In this document: positions 1-7,427 of the stretch, piece after piece
How positions within the stretch are numbered: the stretch's first letter is position 1
Layout: the number at the start of each line of letters is the position of its first letter
Notes under the pieces: model-generated
Database searches by the model: none
What the model saw: only the letters and a program-made list of their open reading frames with translations
What the model was told of the DNA's origin: nothing
Sequence record: NC_006883.2
Length of the DNA: 64,000 bases
Reading direction: 5' to 3' (one strand)
Program-made: the position numbers and the translations under genes

Positions 1-101
1 CCTACACCCTGTGCATTCACAGGGGCAGTCACAACCACACTCAGAGCAGATAGACATATTGCTTTTATTGGGTAAATGTACTTGTTGTATCGGTAACGCT
101 T
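1..101 (-). CDS. Partial secreted protein (N-terminus only; runs off window edge), third gene of a minus-strand operon
   Basis: Minus frame reads KRYRYNKYIYPIKAICLSALSVVVTAPVNAQGVG, a signal-peptide-like segment; no canonical start codon found nearby. Confidence 0.4.
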
Positions 102-538
102 TGTATTGTTGTTACTCTTTGTATTACTGTTTGATTGGTCATTCCTGGTCCAGAATACGTCTGGGTAAATTGAAAGGCTCCACCAGGTTCGCTTATCGTG
201 AAGTTGTTTTGACCGTTGAAGTTTAATGAATCGAACGAAGAAGTTGTCGCTGCTGCGGTTGCTCCTGTTTCGTCTGTCCCTACGGTTGGTGCTATTTGCA
301 CTGTTGATGTACTCACACTGGGATTGAGGGCTTCGCCATTGTTGTCTACGCCTACCCCAGTAACGCTGTATTCCCATCCTGTCCTATAGTCAATTGAATT
401 TATAGTTTCCGTGACCGTAGATTCAGTCTCGGTGTGGCTCGTCATTGAACCCTGCTGGAAATTGGGGACCACTGGCACTGCTCTTACAGCACCAGCACTA
501 CCTAATAACACTAATATAGTTATAAGACTTTTCATCAC
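65..538 (-). CDS. Secreted Thr/Ser-rich conserved cyanophage protein
   Basis: Signal peptide (..AVRA/VPVVPNF), beta-rich composition, PGGAFQFTQ motif. Confidence 0.8.
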   Translation of the reverse strand: MMKSLITILVLLGSAGAVRAVPVVPNFQQGSMTSHTETESTVTETINSIDYRTGWEYSVTGVGVDNNGEALNPSVSTSTVQIAPTVGTDETGATAAATTSSFDSLNFNGQNNFTISEPGGAFQFTQTYSGPGMTNQTVIQRVTTIQSVTDTTSTFTQ

Positions 539-546
539 CTAGTTTC

Positions 547-1047
547 CTAGTTAATTGTCAACTCAGTTACAAACTGTCCAGTAGCTGAAGTTCCAGCTCC
601 ACCAGCCGTTACAGTCAAAGCACCTTGCGAAGTTACAGTTCCAGCCAAGGATCCAGCACTTCCTGCAGCAGTAGACAACTGATCACCGTATGCCGAAACA
701 TCACCGATGTCAGGTCCAGTTGTATCAATTGCGTCAGCTTGGGTAAATGCCTGAGTGAAGCTAAAAGATTCACCAGGATCATCCTGTGTTGCAGCAATAG
801 TACCAGGAGAATATACACCTGATGCTATAGTACCAGCACTAATTGTGTTAGCTGTCGTTCCATCAGTTGTATCCACATTATTACCTGTGATACTAAATGA
901 AGATCCAATTCTTTGCATTTGTGTTGCAGCAGCATTGACTGTTAGCTGAACACTAGAAGTCATTCTGGATGTCATATCAGCCTTAGCTGATGGTGCTACC
1001 ACAGCACCAGTCATCAATAACATTACAATGGGTAAGAATCTTTTCAT
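547..1047 (-). CDS. Secreted Thr/Gly/Ala-rich conserved cyanophage protein
   Basis: Signal peptide (..SAKA/DMT), PGESFSFTQ motif shared with neighbour. Confidence 0.8.
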   Translation of the reverse strand: MKRFLPIVMLLMTGAVVAPSAKADMTSRMTSSVQLTVNAAATQMQRIGSSFSITGNNVDTTDGTTANTISAGTIASGVYSPGTIAATQDDPGESFSFTQAFTQADAIDTTGPDIGDVSAYGDQLSTAAGSAGSLAGTVTSQGALTVTAGGAGTSATGQFVTELTIN

Positions 1048-1074
1048 ATTTCTGAGTATTTCTTACTGTAGCTA

Positions 1075-1081
1075 TATTTAG
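1075..1081 (-). promoter_or_regulatory. T4-type late promoter (CTAAATA) for the minus-strand operon
   Basis: tatttag on + strand, ~30 nt upstream of the 1047 start. Confidence 0.5.
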
Positions 1082-1115
1082 CATTTGCTAATTTAATACA
1101 CAAATACTAAAAGTA

Positions 1116-1124
1116 TGTTATAAT
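1116..1124 (+). promoter_or_regulatory. Extended -10 promoter (TGnTATAAT)
   Basis: tgttataat upstream of 1149 ORF/talC. Confidence 0.5.
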
Positions 1125-1148
1125 ATATAATAAAATTTAGTGTAACCG

Positions 1149-1373
1149 ATGACACAAAATAGTCAGCATCAAACACATTTAGAGTCCGCAATAGAGCAGC
1201 AGAAACAGTTATTGAACGATGTTCAAGAACTTAATAATCAAGTTGCTACTAAAAAAGAAATAATTCTAAAGGTACAAGGTGTGATAGAATATCTACAGCA
1301 AGTAACTGCTGCACCCGAAGAACCAACTGAACCAGTTGTAGTCCCAGAAGAAACTAAGAAATCAAAATCATGA
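1149..1373 (+). CDS. Hypothetical coiled-coil protein
   Basis: 74 aa, heptad pattern, ATGA overlap with talC. Confidence 0.7.
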   Translation: MTQNSQHQTHLESAIEQQKQLLNDVQELNNQVATKKEIILKVQGVIEYLQQVTAAPEEPTEPVVVPEETKKSKS

Positions 1374-2017
1374 AAATCTTTTTAGATACTGCCGATACTG
1401 ATGCTATTAAACAGCATTATGATACAGGCATCATTGATGGTATTACTACCAATCCAACTTTAATTAGAAAGAGTGGTAGAGATCCTGAAGAAGTATATCA
1501 GGAACTCATTGACTATGGTATCAATGATATTAGTATGGAAGTCGTGGGTGACTATGGTACTATGTTTGAGGAAGGAACTCGTCTTTCTCGTAAGTTCGGT
1601 AAAGCATGTACTGTTAAAGTTCCTTGCACTCCAGATGGTTTGAAAGTTTGTAGAGAACTTTCTAGGGATCTTGTAAATGTTAATGTTACTTTGATTTTCT
1701 CTGCAGCACAAGCAATCCTTGCTGCTAAGTCTGGTGCGAAGTATGTATCACCATTCGTAGGAAGAGTTGATGATAATTCTTTCGTTGGTATGGATCTTAT
1801 AGAACAGATTTCTGACATCTATACTATTCAGAATGTTCATAAGACAGAAATTCTATCAGCATCCATTCGTGATGTGAAGAGTGTTTCTGATTCCTTTGCT
1901 TCAGGTGCTCACGTAGTAACTATGCCACCAACAGTATTTGAGAAGATGTATAACCATGTTCTTACTGATAAAGGTTTATATCTTTTTGATATGGATTGGG
2001 CTCAGGTTAAGCGTTAA
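1370..2017 (+). CDS. talC: Transaldolase (TalC/FSA family)
   Basis: IFLDTA, GITTNPTL, VKVP catalytic Lys, NVTLIFS, SPFVGR motifs. Confidence 0.97.
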   Translation: MKIFLDTADTDAIKQHYDTGIIDGITTNPTLIRKSGRDPEEVYQELIDYGINDISMEVVGDYGTMFEEGTRLSRKFGKACTVKVPCTPDGLKVCRELSRDLVNVNVTLIFSAAQAILAAKSGAKYVSPFVGRVDDNSFVGMDLIEQISDIYTIQNVHKTEILSASIRDVKSVSDSFASGAHVVTMPPTVFEKMYNHVLTDKGLYLFDMDWAQVKR

Positions 2018-2592
2018 TGAAAGACTTCATCGGTGAATATTCTGATATAGTACCTACTGGGTTATGTGATTGGTTAATGCAAATGATTGACCAATCACAT
2101 ACTATTGATTGTCGTACTACTGAGAATAGATCACCTTGGCGTTCTGACAAACAAATAATTATGGAATCATTTGCTCCAGGTGAAGCAGGTGATTTAATGG
2201 GTTTTGTTGGTAAGTGTTTGAAATTATACGTTGAAGAGAATTGTCCTGTTCTTCAAAATCATACATTCATTTCTTCTTTAACTTTATTGCAGAAGACTGC
2301 TCCTATGCAGGGGTATCATAATTTTCATTGTGAAAATACTGATTACCAAACAAATGATAGAACTATGGCATGGATGGTATATCTTAATGATGTTGAAGAA
2401 GGTGGTGAGACAGAATTTCTTTATCAACAGAAAAAAATAAAACCAAAGAAAGGCACTGTTGTTATTTGGCCAGGTGGGTTTACTCATATGCATAGAGGTA
2501 ATCCTCCAATGGATGATAAGTATATTGTTACTGGTTGGTTACAATCTGATAAAGGTGGTTTTGGGGAAAAAATAATTAAGGTTAATGGGTAA
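2017..2592 (+). CDS. 2OG-Fe(II) oxygenase (prolyl-4-hydroxylase-like)
   Basis: FHCE...YLNDVEEGGETEF...KPKKG...HMHRG motifs. Confidence 0.88.
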   Translation: MKDFIGEYSDIVPTGLCDWLMQMIDQSHTIDCRTTENRSPWRSDKQIIMESFAPGEAGDLMGFVGKCLKLYVEENCPVLQNHTFISSLTLLQKTAPMQGYHNFHCENTDYQTNDRTMAWMVYLNDVEEGGETEFLYQQKKIKPKKGTVVIWPGGFTHMHRGNPPMDDKYIVTGWLQSDKGGFGEKIIKVNG

Positions 2593-2600
2593 ACCGACCC

Positions 2601-2635
2601 TTGACATATAACGTAAACTTATGTTAATATAAATA
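2601..2635 (+). promoter_or_regulatory. Sigma70-like -35 (TTGACA) plus T4 late promoter TATAAATA
   Basis: ttgaca 2601-2606; tataaata 2628-2635. Confidence 0.65.
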
Positions 2636-2643
2636 CATCATAC

Positions 2644-2740
2644 AAAGGAATCGAAAGATCGTACCCCTACGTAGATGTAAAACAGAATCCCATGTCGGGG
2701 ATTCTATCATCCGCAGGGGTTTTTTAGTCCCGTGCGAGAT
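2644..2740 (+). ncRNA. Structured 5' leader RNA (family not recognised)
   Basis: GAAA-tetraloop hairpin 2650-2659 plus nested stems 2663-2671/2712-2720, 2674-2677/2708-2711, 2684-2691/2698-2705, then a T-run. Confidence 0.55.
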
Positions 2741-2756
2741 AATAATAAACAAAAAA

Positions 2757-3146
2757 ATGTCTATTAAATCAACAATCGCAGCTCTTGCTGCATCACCTTT
2801 CCTATTCGCTGGAGCCGCTTTTGCTGGTCCTTACGTGAATGTAGAGGCAAACGCATCATATCCTGATGGAGACTACACAGGTGCTACTACAGACGTTGCT
2901 GTAGGTTTCGATGGATCTACTTCTGAAGGTAAGATCGCATACTACATCCAAGGTGGTCCTGCTTTCGTTCACAGTGAGTCTGCTGACGATACTGAGACTG
3001 AGTTCTCTGGTAAGGCAGGTGCTTCTCTAGCAGTTAACGAAGATCTTTCAGTTTATGCTGAGATCTCTGGTATCTCTGATGAAGATTCAACTGGCGATGA
3101 CATCGTAAACTTCGGTGGTAAAATCGGTGCTAAGTTCGTATTCTAA
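2757..3146 (+). CDS. Small outer-membrane beta-barrel-like protein
   Basis: Signal peptide AFA/GPYV, alternating beta pattern, C-terminal Phe (KFVF). Confidence 0.8.
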   Translation: MSIKSTIAALAASPFLFAGAAFAGPYVNVEANASYPDGDYTGATTDVAVGFDGSTSEGKIAYYIQGGPAFVHSESADDTETEFSGKAGASLAVNEDLSVYAEISGISDEDSTGDDIVNFGGKIGAKFVF

Positions 3147-3170
3147 ATATTAGGAGTTCGAGATGGATCA

Positions 3171-3199
3171 AGACCTCTGCTTTGCAGGGGTCTTTTTTT
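3171..3199 (+). terminator. Rho-independent terminator
   Basis: agacctctgc-ttt-gcaggggtct followed by T-run. Confidence 0.85.
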
Positions 3200-3282
3200 A
3201 TGTGTTGAAGATTACACAGAGATTAAGAAATATAACACAAATATAAAGAAAATGGTAAAAAAATGGTGTCATAGTGATACAG

Positions 3283-3348
3283 TATAAACGGATACTAAAC
3301 TTCCCTTAACCTTCTCTTAGTTTACATATCAATTAAATTTGATATAAT
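3283..3348 (+). promoter_or_regulatory. Pho box array and -10 element
   Basis: 8-mers at 11-bp period: tataaacg/actaaact/cttaacct/cttagttt (3283, 3294, 3305, 3316); TATAAT 3343-3348; upstream of pstS unit. Confidence 0.7.
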
Positions 3349-3380
3349 GTATAGATATTACAGTTTCTTTAAAAAAACTA

Positions 3381-3737
3381 ATGAAAGCATTCGCAGTTGT
3401 CCTGCTCGCACTTGGTGTATCAGCACCAGCATTTGCAGGCCCGTATGTATCCACCAAGTCCGAATTTAAAGGTAATGAGGATGGATACAGTAAAGCAGCA
3501 AACCAAGCACGAATCGGAAACACCTTCGATATTGGATTGGGTAAATCCTATATTGAAGCAGGTGGTGGTATTGTATCTCCTGATAGTGGAGATAGTGAAG
3601 GATTCAAGGTTGCTGAAGTTGGAACCAAGTTTAAGGTAACAGACTCACTCTCTGCTAAAGCAAAGTTTGAGCACAAGTGGTCTCCCGATGATGAGAGAGA
3701 CTGGAAATTTGAAGTAGCAACAAAGTACAAATTCTAA
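3381..3737 (+). CDS. Small outer-membrane beta-barrel-like protein, co-transcribed with pstS
   Basis: Signal peptide AFA/GPYV, C-terminal KYKF; resembles 2757 gene. Confidence 0.8.
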   Translation: MKAFAVVLLALGVSAPAFAGPYVSTKSEFKGNEDGYSKAANQARIGNTFDIGLGKSYIEAGGGIVSPDSGDSEGFKVAEVGTKFKVTDSLSAKAKFEHKWSPDDERDWKFEVATKYKF

Positions 3738-3747
3738 GGACTAGATA

Positions 3748-4713
3748 ATGAAAAAAACTCTACTAATCGCAGCAGCATTATTCACTGCTGTATCTCCTGT
3801 AATGGCAGGAGGAAGACTAAGTGGTGCTGGTGCATCATTCCCATCTAAAATTTACACTAGATGGTTTGCTGATCTTGCAAAAGAGAAGGGTGCTCCAAGA
3901 GTAAACTATCAGGCAGTTGGTTCTGGTAGTGGTCGTAAGGCATTTATTGATGAGACAGTTAACTTCGGTGCGTCTGATGATCCTATGAAGGACAAGGATA
4001 TTGCCAAGGTGAAGAGAGGACTAGTTCAAATTCCTATGACAGGAGGTACTATTGCTTTTGGATACAACAACCCTGGCTGTGATCTCAAACTTACACAGCA
4101 AAAAGCAGTTGAAGTTGCAATGGGACAAGTCACTAACTGGTCTGAACTTGGATGTGATGACAAAAAACTTACTTGGGCTCACAGATCCGATGGATCAGGC
4201 ACAACTAAGGCATTCACAAACTCAATGCAAGCGTTCTCAAAAACATGGACACTAGGTACAGGTAAGTCAGTTGCTTGGCCTGCTGGTGTAGGTGGTAAGG
4301 GTAATGCTGGTGTTGCTGGTGTCATCAGAAATACTGATGGTGCTATTGGTTATGTGAACCAGTCATACATTGATGAGAATGTTAGAGCTGCTGCATTGCA
4401 GAATCTATCTGGTGAGTTCTTGAAACCATCTGTTGAGGCAGGTGCAAAAGCACTTAATGGTATTACCTTAGATGAAAATCTTGCAGGTACTAATCCAAAC
4501 CCAACCGCAAAGGGAGCATACCCTATAGCAACGTTGACTTGGATACTTGCATATGAGAATGGTAATGGTAGAAATACTAAACCAGTTAAGACTGCATTGA
4601 GCAGACTCTTAAGTGATGAGTATCAAGATAAAGCACCTAGTTTAGGATTCGTTCCTCTTAAAGGTGATATTCTTGAGAAGGCAAGAGGTGCGGTTGAAAG
4701 AATAGGTAAGTAG
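3748..4713 (+). CDS. pstS: Phosphate ABC transporter substrate-binding protein
   Basis: GAGASFP, YQAVGSGSG, FGASD, HRSDGSGTT, YPI motifs. Confidence 0.97.
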   Translation: MKKTLLIAAALFTAVSPVMAGGRLSGAGASFPSKIYTRWFADLAKEKGAPRVNYQAVGSGSGRKAFIDETVNFGASDDPMKDKDIAKVKRGLVQIPMTGGTIAFGYNNPGCDLKLTQQKAVEVAMGQVTNWSELGCDDKKLTWAHRSDGSGTTKAFTNSMQAFSKTWTLGTGKSVAWPAGVGGKGNAGVAGVIRNTDGAIGYVNQSYIDENVRAAALQNLSGEFLKPSVEAGAKALNGITLDENLAGTNPNPTAKGAYPIATLTWILAYENGNGRNTKPVKTALSRLLSDEYQDKAPSLGFVPLKGDILEKARGAVERIGK

Positions 4714-4737
4714 ATAATTGTTAAATAATGTGTTAGA

Positions 4738-4764
4738 ATGGGAGGGTAATACCTCCCATTTTTT
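4738..4764 (+). terminator. Rho-independent terminator
   Basis: atgggagg-gtaata-cctcccat + T-run. Confidence 0.85.
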
Positions 4765-4775
4765 ATAGGAGTAAT

Positions 4776-4973
4776 ATGGATCCTAATAAAGATTGTTCTC
4801 CCAAATGGAGGAAGTGGTGTATGGCTTGTTGCTCAACGCAACTATGGATACTACCAGCAATGTTATTGATAGTATTGATTAGTATTGAATATCAACATAC
4901 ACAAGCACATAATAATGCCCAAGATGGTATTGATGTGCATGGGTGGTGCAAACAAGCAGGATTTAAACAATAA
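4776..4973 (+). CDS. Hypothetical membrane protein
   Basis: 65 aa, RBS GGAG, one hydrophobic segment. Confidence 0.65.
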   Translation: MDPNKDCSPKWRKWCMACCSTQLWILPAMLLIVLISIEYQHTQAHNNAQDGIDVHGWCKQAGFKQ

Positions 4974-5019
4974 AAATCATATATAAAGAAAAGCATTTGT
5001 GTAAGACATAAAGTTTGAG

Positions 5020-5280
5020 ATGGAGAACATTAGAATAAGATGTCGCTCTTGTGGTAAAGAGGTGATAGGTTGTGCTGGTAAATCAGTCTCGTGCGGATGC
5101 CCTAATATGGCATCCGTTATCGGGGATGTAGTGTCTGCTAAAGATATGGATCAGGTGATTATGCTTAATTCTTATATGCCAAAAAAAGAACAAAAAGAAG
5201 GGTTAACCGATCAAGATTTGTTATGGCAAGAACAAAGAAGGAAGCGTAAAGTGCGTAAGTTGGATTTTGAAGTTAGATAA
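5020..5280 (+). CDS. Zn-ribbon-like hypothetical protein
   Basis: CRSC...CGC motif; typical cyanophage C-terminus RKLDFEVR. Confidence 0.75.
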   Translation: MENIRIRCRSCGKEVIGCAGKSVSCGCPNMASVIGDVVSAKDMDQVIMLNSYMPKKEQKEGLTDQDLLWQEQRRKRKVRKLDFEVR

Positions 5281-5355
5281 ATATTAATACTTAAATCCAC
5301 AACTCACTGTGTAGCTTTTGGTGGGGAGGTTTAAGAGAAGCATTTTAAAACTTAA

Positions 5356-5517
5356 ATGACTGACAGTTCTATTGAATCTGAACTTAAAGAAGTCCATAAG
5401 AAATTGGACGATATTGAAAAGAAGCAAGAGATGATGAATAAGTTGTATCAGATAGACAGAGACAAGAAAGCGAAGATGGGGGAACGACCATCTACACACA
5501 TCCACGAGATGATGTGA
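5356..5517 (+). CDS. Hypothetical coiled-coil protein, 53 aa (not in ORF track)
   Basis: MTDSSIESELKEVHKKLDDIEKKQEMMNKLYQIDRDKKAKMGERPSTHIHEMM. Confidence 0.6.
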   Translation: MTDSSIESELKEVHKKLDDIEKKQEMMNKLYQIDRDKKAKMGERPSTHIHEMM

Positions 5518-5556
5518 TATAATAGATACTAATACAAATAGTTCATATTGATACAT

Positions 5557-5886
5557 ATGACAGAAGAGGCAATTAAAAAAATCCTCCCTCACTTATGCTA
5601 TACTAAAGAAGAAGTTGATGTGCTAATTCGTGCTGCTGTAGAAGAGGCAAGAGCTATTGATGAAGCATCAATGGCAAAGCATAATAGGGAGGCAACGATC
5701 ATCAGTATGATTTTAGGATTTACTTGCCTAGCATTATTTGTAGATGGTTTGCTTAGGATTCTAGGAGTCATTCCTCCATTTATGCACCTTGATGTAAACA
5801 TCATAGAGAAAGTATCTGATAGGGTTGAGATGGATGTTATGCATAAGATAAGACAAGTACCACTAGAAAGAATATTCAGAAGATGA
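5557..5886 (+). CDS. Conserved cyanophage membrane protein
   Basis: One TM segment; start at MTEE assumed. Confidence 0.7.
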   Translation: MTEEAIKKILPHLCYTKEEVDVLIRAAVEEARAIDEASMAKHNREATIISMILGFTCLALFVDGLLRILGVIPPFMHLDVNIIEKVSDRVEMDVMHKIRQVPLERIFRR

Positions 5887-6467
5887 AAAAAGTATTAACA
5901 GCAATAATGGCAGCATCAATGCTATTGCCTACAGGAGCATTAGCATCCTCTATCAGACCAGGTTCAAGAGTCACTCACGATTCTCTTAATTCCAAATCAA
6001 GAAAAAGTATATCAAATTGTCTTGTACTAGTAGATGATGGTGAATATGTTGAAGAGAAGTGGGAGAAATGTGAGGTAGTAATAGATGAGACAGGTGTAAC
6101 ACATCCTTCAGGTAAGATTATTAATGTAGTTCAATGGACTACAGAAGAGAAAGAGTTTAATGTAGCAGGTGGAATTGTTGGTGGTGCTGCTGGTGCTACT
6201 GTAGGTTTTGCTGCTGGATTGGGTAGTTGTGCTTTTCTAGGACCATTTTGTTTGATTACAGCACCAGCAATAATGAATGGTGGAGCAATGGTTGGTGGTG
6301 CTGCTGGTGGAGTGGGAACAGGAAAGTTCTTTACTATCGTTGGTGATGATATTAATGGTAGAAGATTGATAGGAGAGGTTTACTTTAATACAGGAAAGTC
6401 AGTTAGAAAGGCATCTAAAGATTTACTCAGAACAACTGGACTAGCAGAAGGAGAGGTAAGAAGATGA
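5883..6467 (+). CDS. Secreted protein with glycine-zipper segment
   Basis: Signal peptide; GGIVGGAAGATVGFAAG...GGAMVGGAAGG. Confidence 0.7.
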   Translation: MKKVLTAIMAASMLLPTGALASSIRPGSRVTHDSLNSKSRKSISNCLVLVDDGEYVEEKWEKCEVVIDETGVTHPSGKIINVVQWTTEEKEFNVAGGIVGGAAGATVGFAAGLGSCAFLGPFCLITAPAIMNGGAMVGGAAGGVGTGKFFTIVGDDINGRRLIGEVYFNTGKSVRKASKDLLRTTGLAEGEVRR

Positions 6468-6598
6468 TTTTAGAAACATTCCTAATTCTTGCGGCACTTC
6501 CATTTGTAGGATTGACTCTATTCTTTGGAAGTAAGAATGGTTATTATGATAGTGATGATTATCAAGGTGATGGTTGTGCTCACGATGTAAAACGATGA
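6464..6598 (+). CDS. ndhP: NDH-1L subunit P homolog, 44 aa (not in ORF track)
   Basis: MILETFLILAALPFVGLTLFFGSKNGYYDSDDYQGDGCAHDVKR matches the recalled NdhP signature FFGTRNGFYDTDQYHGNGSAH. Confidence 0.8.
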   Translation: MILETFLILAALPFVGLTLFFGSKNGYYDSDDYQGDGCAHDVKR

Positions 6599-6678
6599 TT
6601 ACAGCATTTCCTTTTTTCTTTGTAATTGTTATAGTTATTGGATTACATTATACCTGGCCTTTAAAATATAGAAGATGA
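6595..6678 (+). CDS. Tiny membrane peptide, 27 aa
   Basis: MITAFPFFFVIVIVIGLHYTWPLKYRR; ATGA coupling at both ends. Confidence 0.55.
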   Translation: MITAFPFFFVIVIVIGLHYTWPLKYRR

Positions 6679-6770
6679 TCGACACATCACCCAGTTCGAT
6701 AAGAGTATTTTTTATTATTGTTTTATCAATTGCGTGGTTGTGGATTTTTAATACTAGAAGTAGTGAATAG
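6675..6770 (+). CDS. Tiny membrane peptide, 31 aa
   Basis: MIDTSPSSIRVFFIIVLSIAWLWIFNTRSSE; ATGA coupled. Confidence 0.55.
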   Translation: MIDTSPSSIRVFFIIVLSIAWLWIFNTRSSE

Positions 6771-6771
6771 C

Positions 6772-6800
6772 TTGACTAGATACCTTACATCCATTATAAT
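6772..6800 (+). promoter_or_regulatory. Sigma70-like (early) promoter
   Basis: TTGACT-17 bp-TATAAT. Confidence 0.75.
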
Positions 6801-6823
6801 AGTAGGGTAAACTATTCAGAGCA

Positions 6824-7039
6824 ATGACGCTTACTTCCAAATTTAAGAAAGATTTGCAGACACTTCGTGCTGCTGCCAACAAAGAATTATTTCTTGATGT
6901 AAAGAATCCAAAGCTATACAAGAAAGTTAGAAAATACTACGAACGTGAAGAAAATATAGAATTTACTGGCGAACCCCTAGAGGATTATGATATACTAATG
7001 GATGTAATCAAAGAAGACCTCCAATCGGTTGAAGCCTAA
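6824..7039 (+). CDS. Conserved cyanophage hypothetical protein
   Basis: 71 aa ORF downstream of promoter. Confidence 0.75.
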   Translation: MTLTSKFKKDLQTLRAAANKELFLDVKNPKLYKKVRKYYEREENIEFTGEPLEDYDILMDVIKEDLQSVEA

Positions 7040-7278
7040 TGAACATTCTCCTTGAAAGATTCCCTTATCGTTATGTTGAGAACGGAACTTTAGAAAACGG
7101 TAAACCTGATTTCCGCATCCAAAAGATGAGTTCTTATTCTCCTAGATGGAAGGATATGTATCTCTGTGATAATGGAATGCAACTTACTCAAGCTATGGAA
7201 GACTTTGAGTATACTAAATGGCTTGATCCTGATGGTGTTCCTTGCTATACTAAAGATGAAGCAAGGAGTTACTCATGA
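7039..7278 (+). CDS. Conserved cyanophage hypothetical protein
   Basis: 79 aa; TAATG coupled. Confidence 0.75.
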   Translation: MNILLERFPYRYVENGTLENGKPDFRIQKMSSYSPRWKDMYLCDNGMQLTQAMEDFEYTKWLDPDGVPCYTKDEARSYS

Positions 7279-7424
7279 GTGAAGAGTTCACTAGGATTGC
7301 ATCAGCACTCGAAAGAATTGCTAATGCACTAGAGCATCTACATATTGAGAAGATCGATCATGCACATATCGATGATATTGGTGAGATCCACGGTGATGTG
7401 GTAACTCATCCTAAGCAATTTTAA
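7275..7424 (+). CDS. His/Asp-rich small protein, 49 aa (not in ORF track)
   Basis: MSEEFTRIASALERIANALEHLHIEKIDHAHIDDIGEIHGDVVTHPKQF; ATGA coupled. Confidence 0.65.
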   Translation: MSEEFTRIASALERIANALEHLHIEKIDHAHIDDIGEIHGDVVTHPKQF

Positions 7425-7427
7425 ATA

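Noticed and set aside
1-57. Minus-strand ATG frame reading MSICSECGCDCPCECTGCR (metallothionein-like)
   Set aside because: The adjacent frame gives a convincing signal peptide (ICLSALSVVVTAPVNA) that fits the operon; the Cys run is the expected shadow of Val/Ala/Ser codons. It cannot be fully excluded because the ORF is truncated at the window edge.
5283-5345. Possible tRNA or tRNA remnant after the Zn-ribbon gene
   Set aside because: No T-loop GTTC or D-loop consensus and no cloverleaf; no tRNA was recognised anywhere in the window.
5284-5592. 102-aa minus-strand ORF
   Set aside because: Antisense to the plausible 53-aa plus-strand gene 5356-5517; no RBS and atypical composition.
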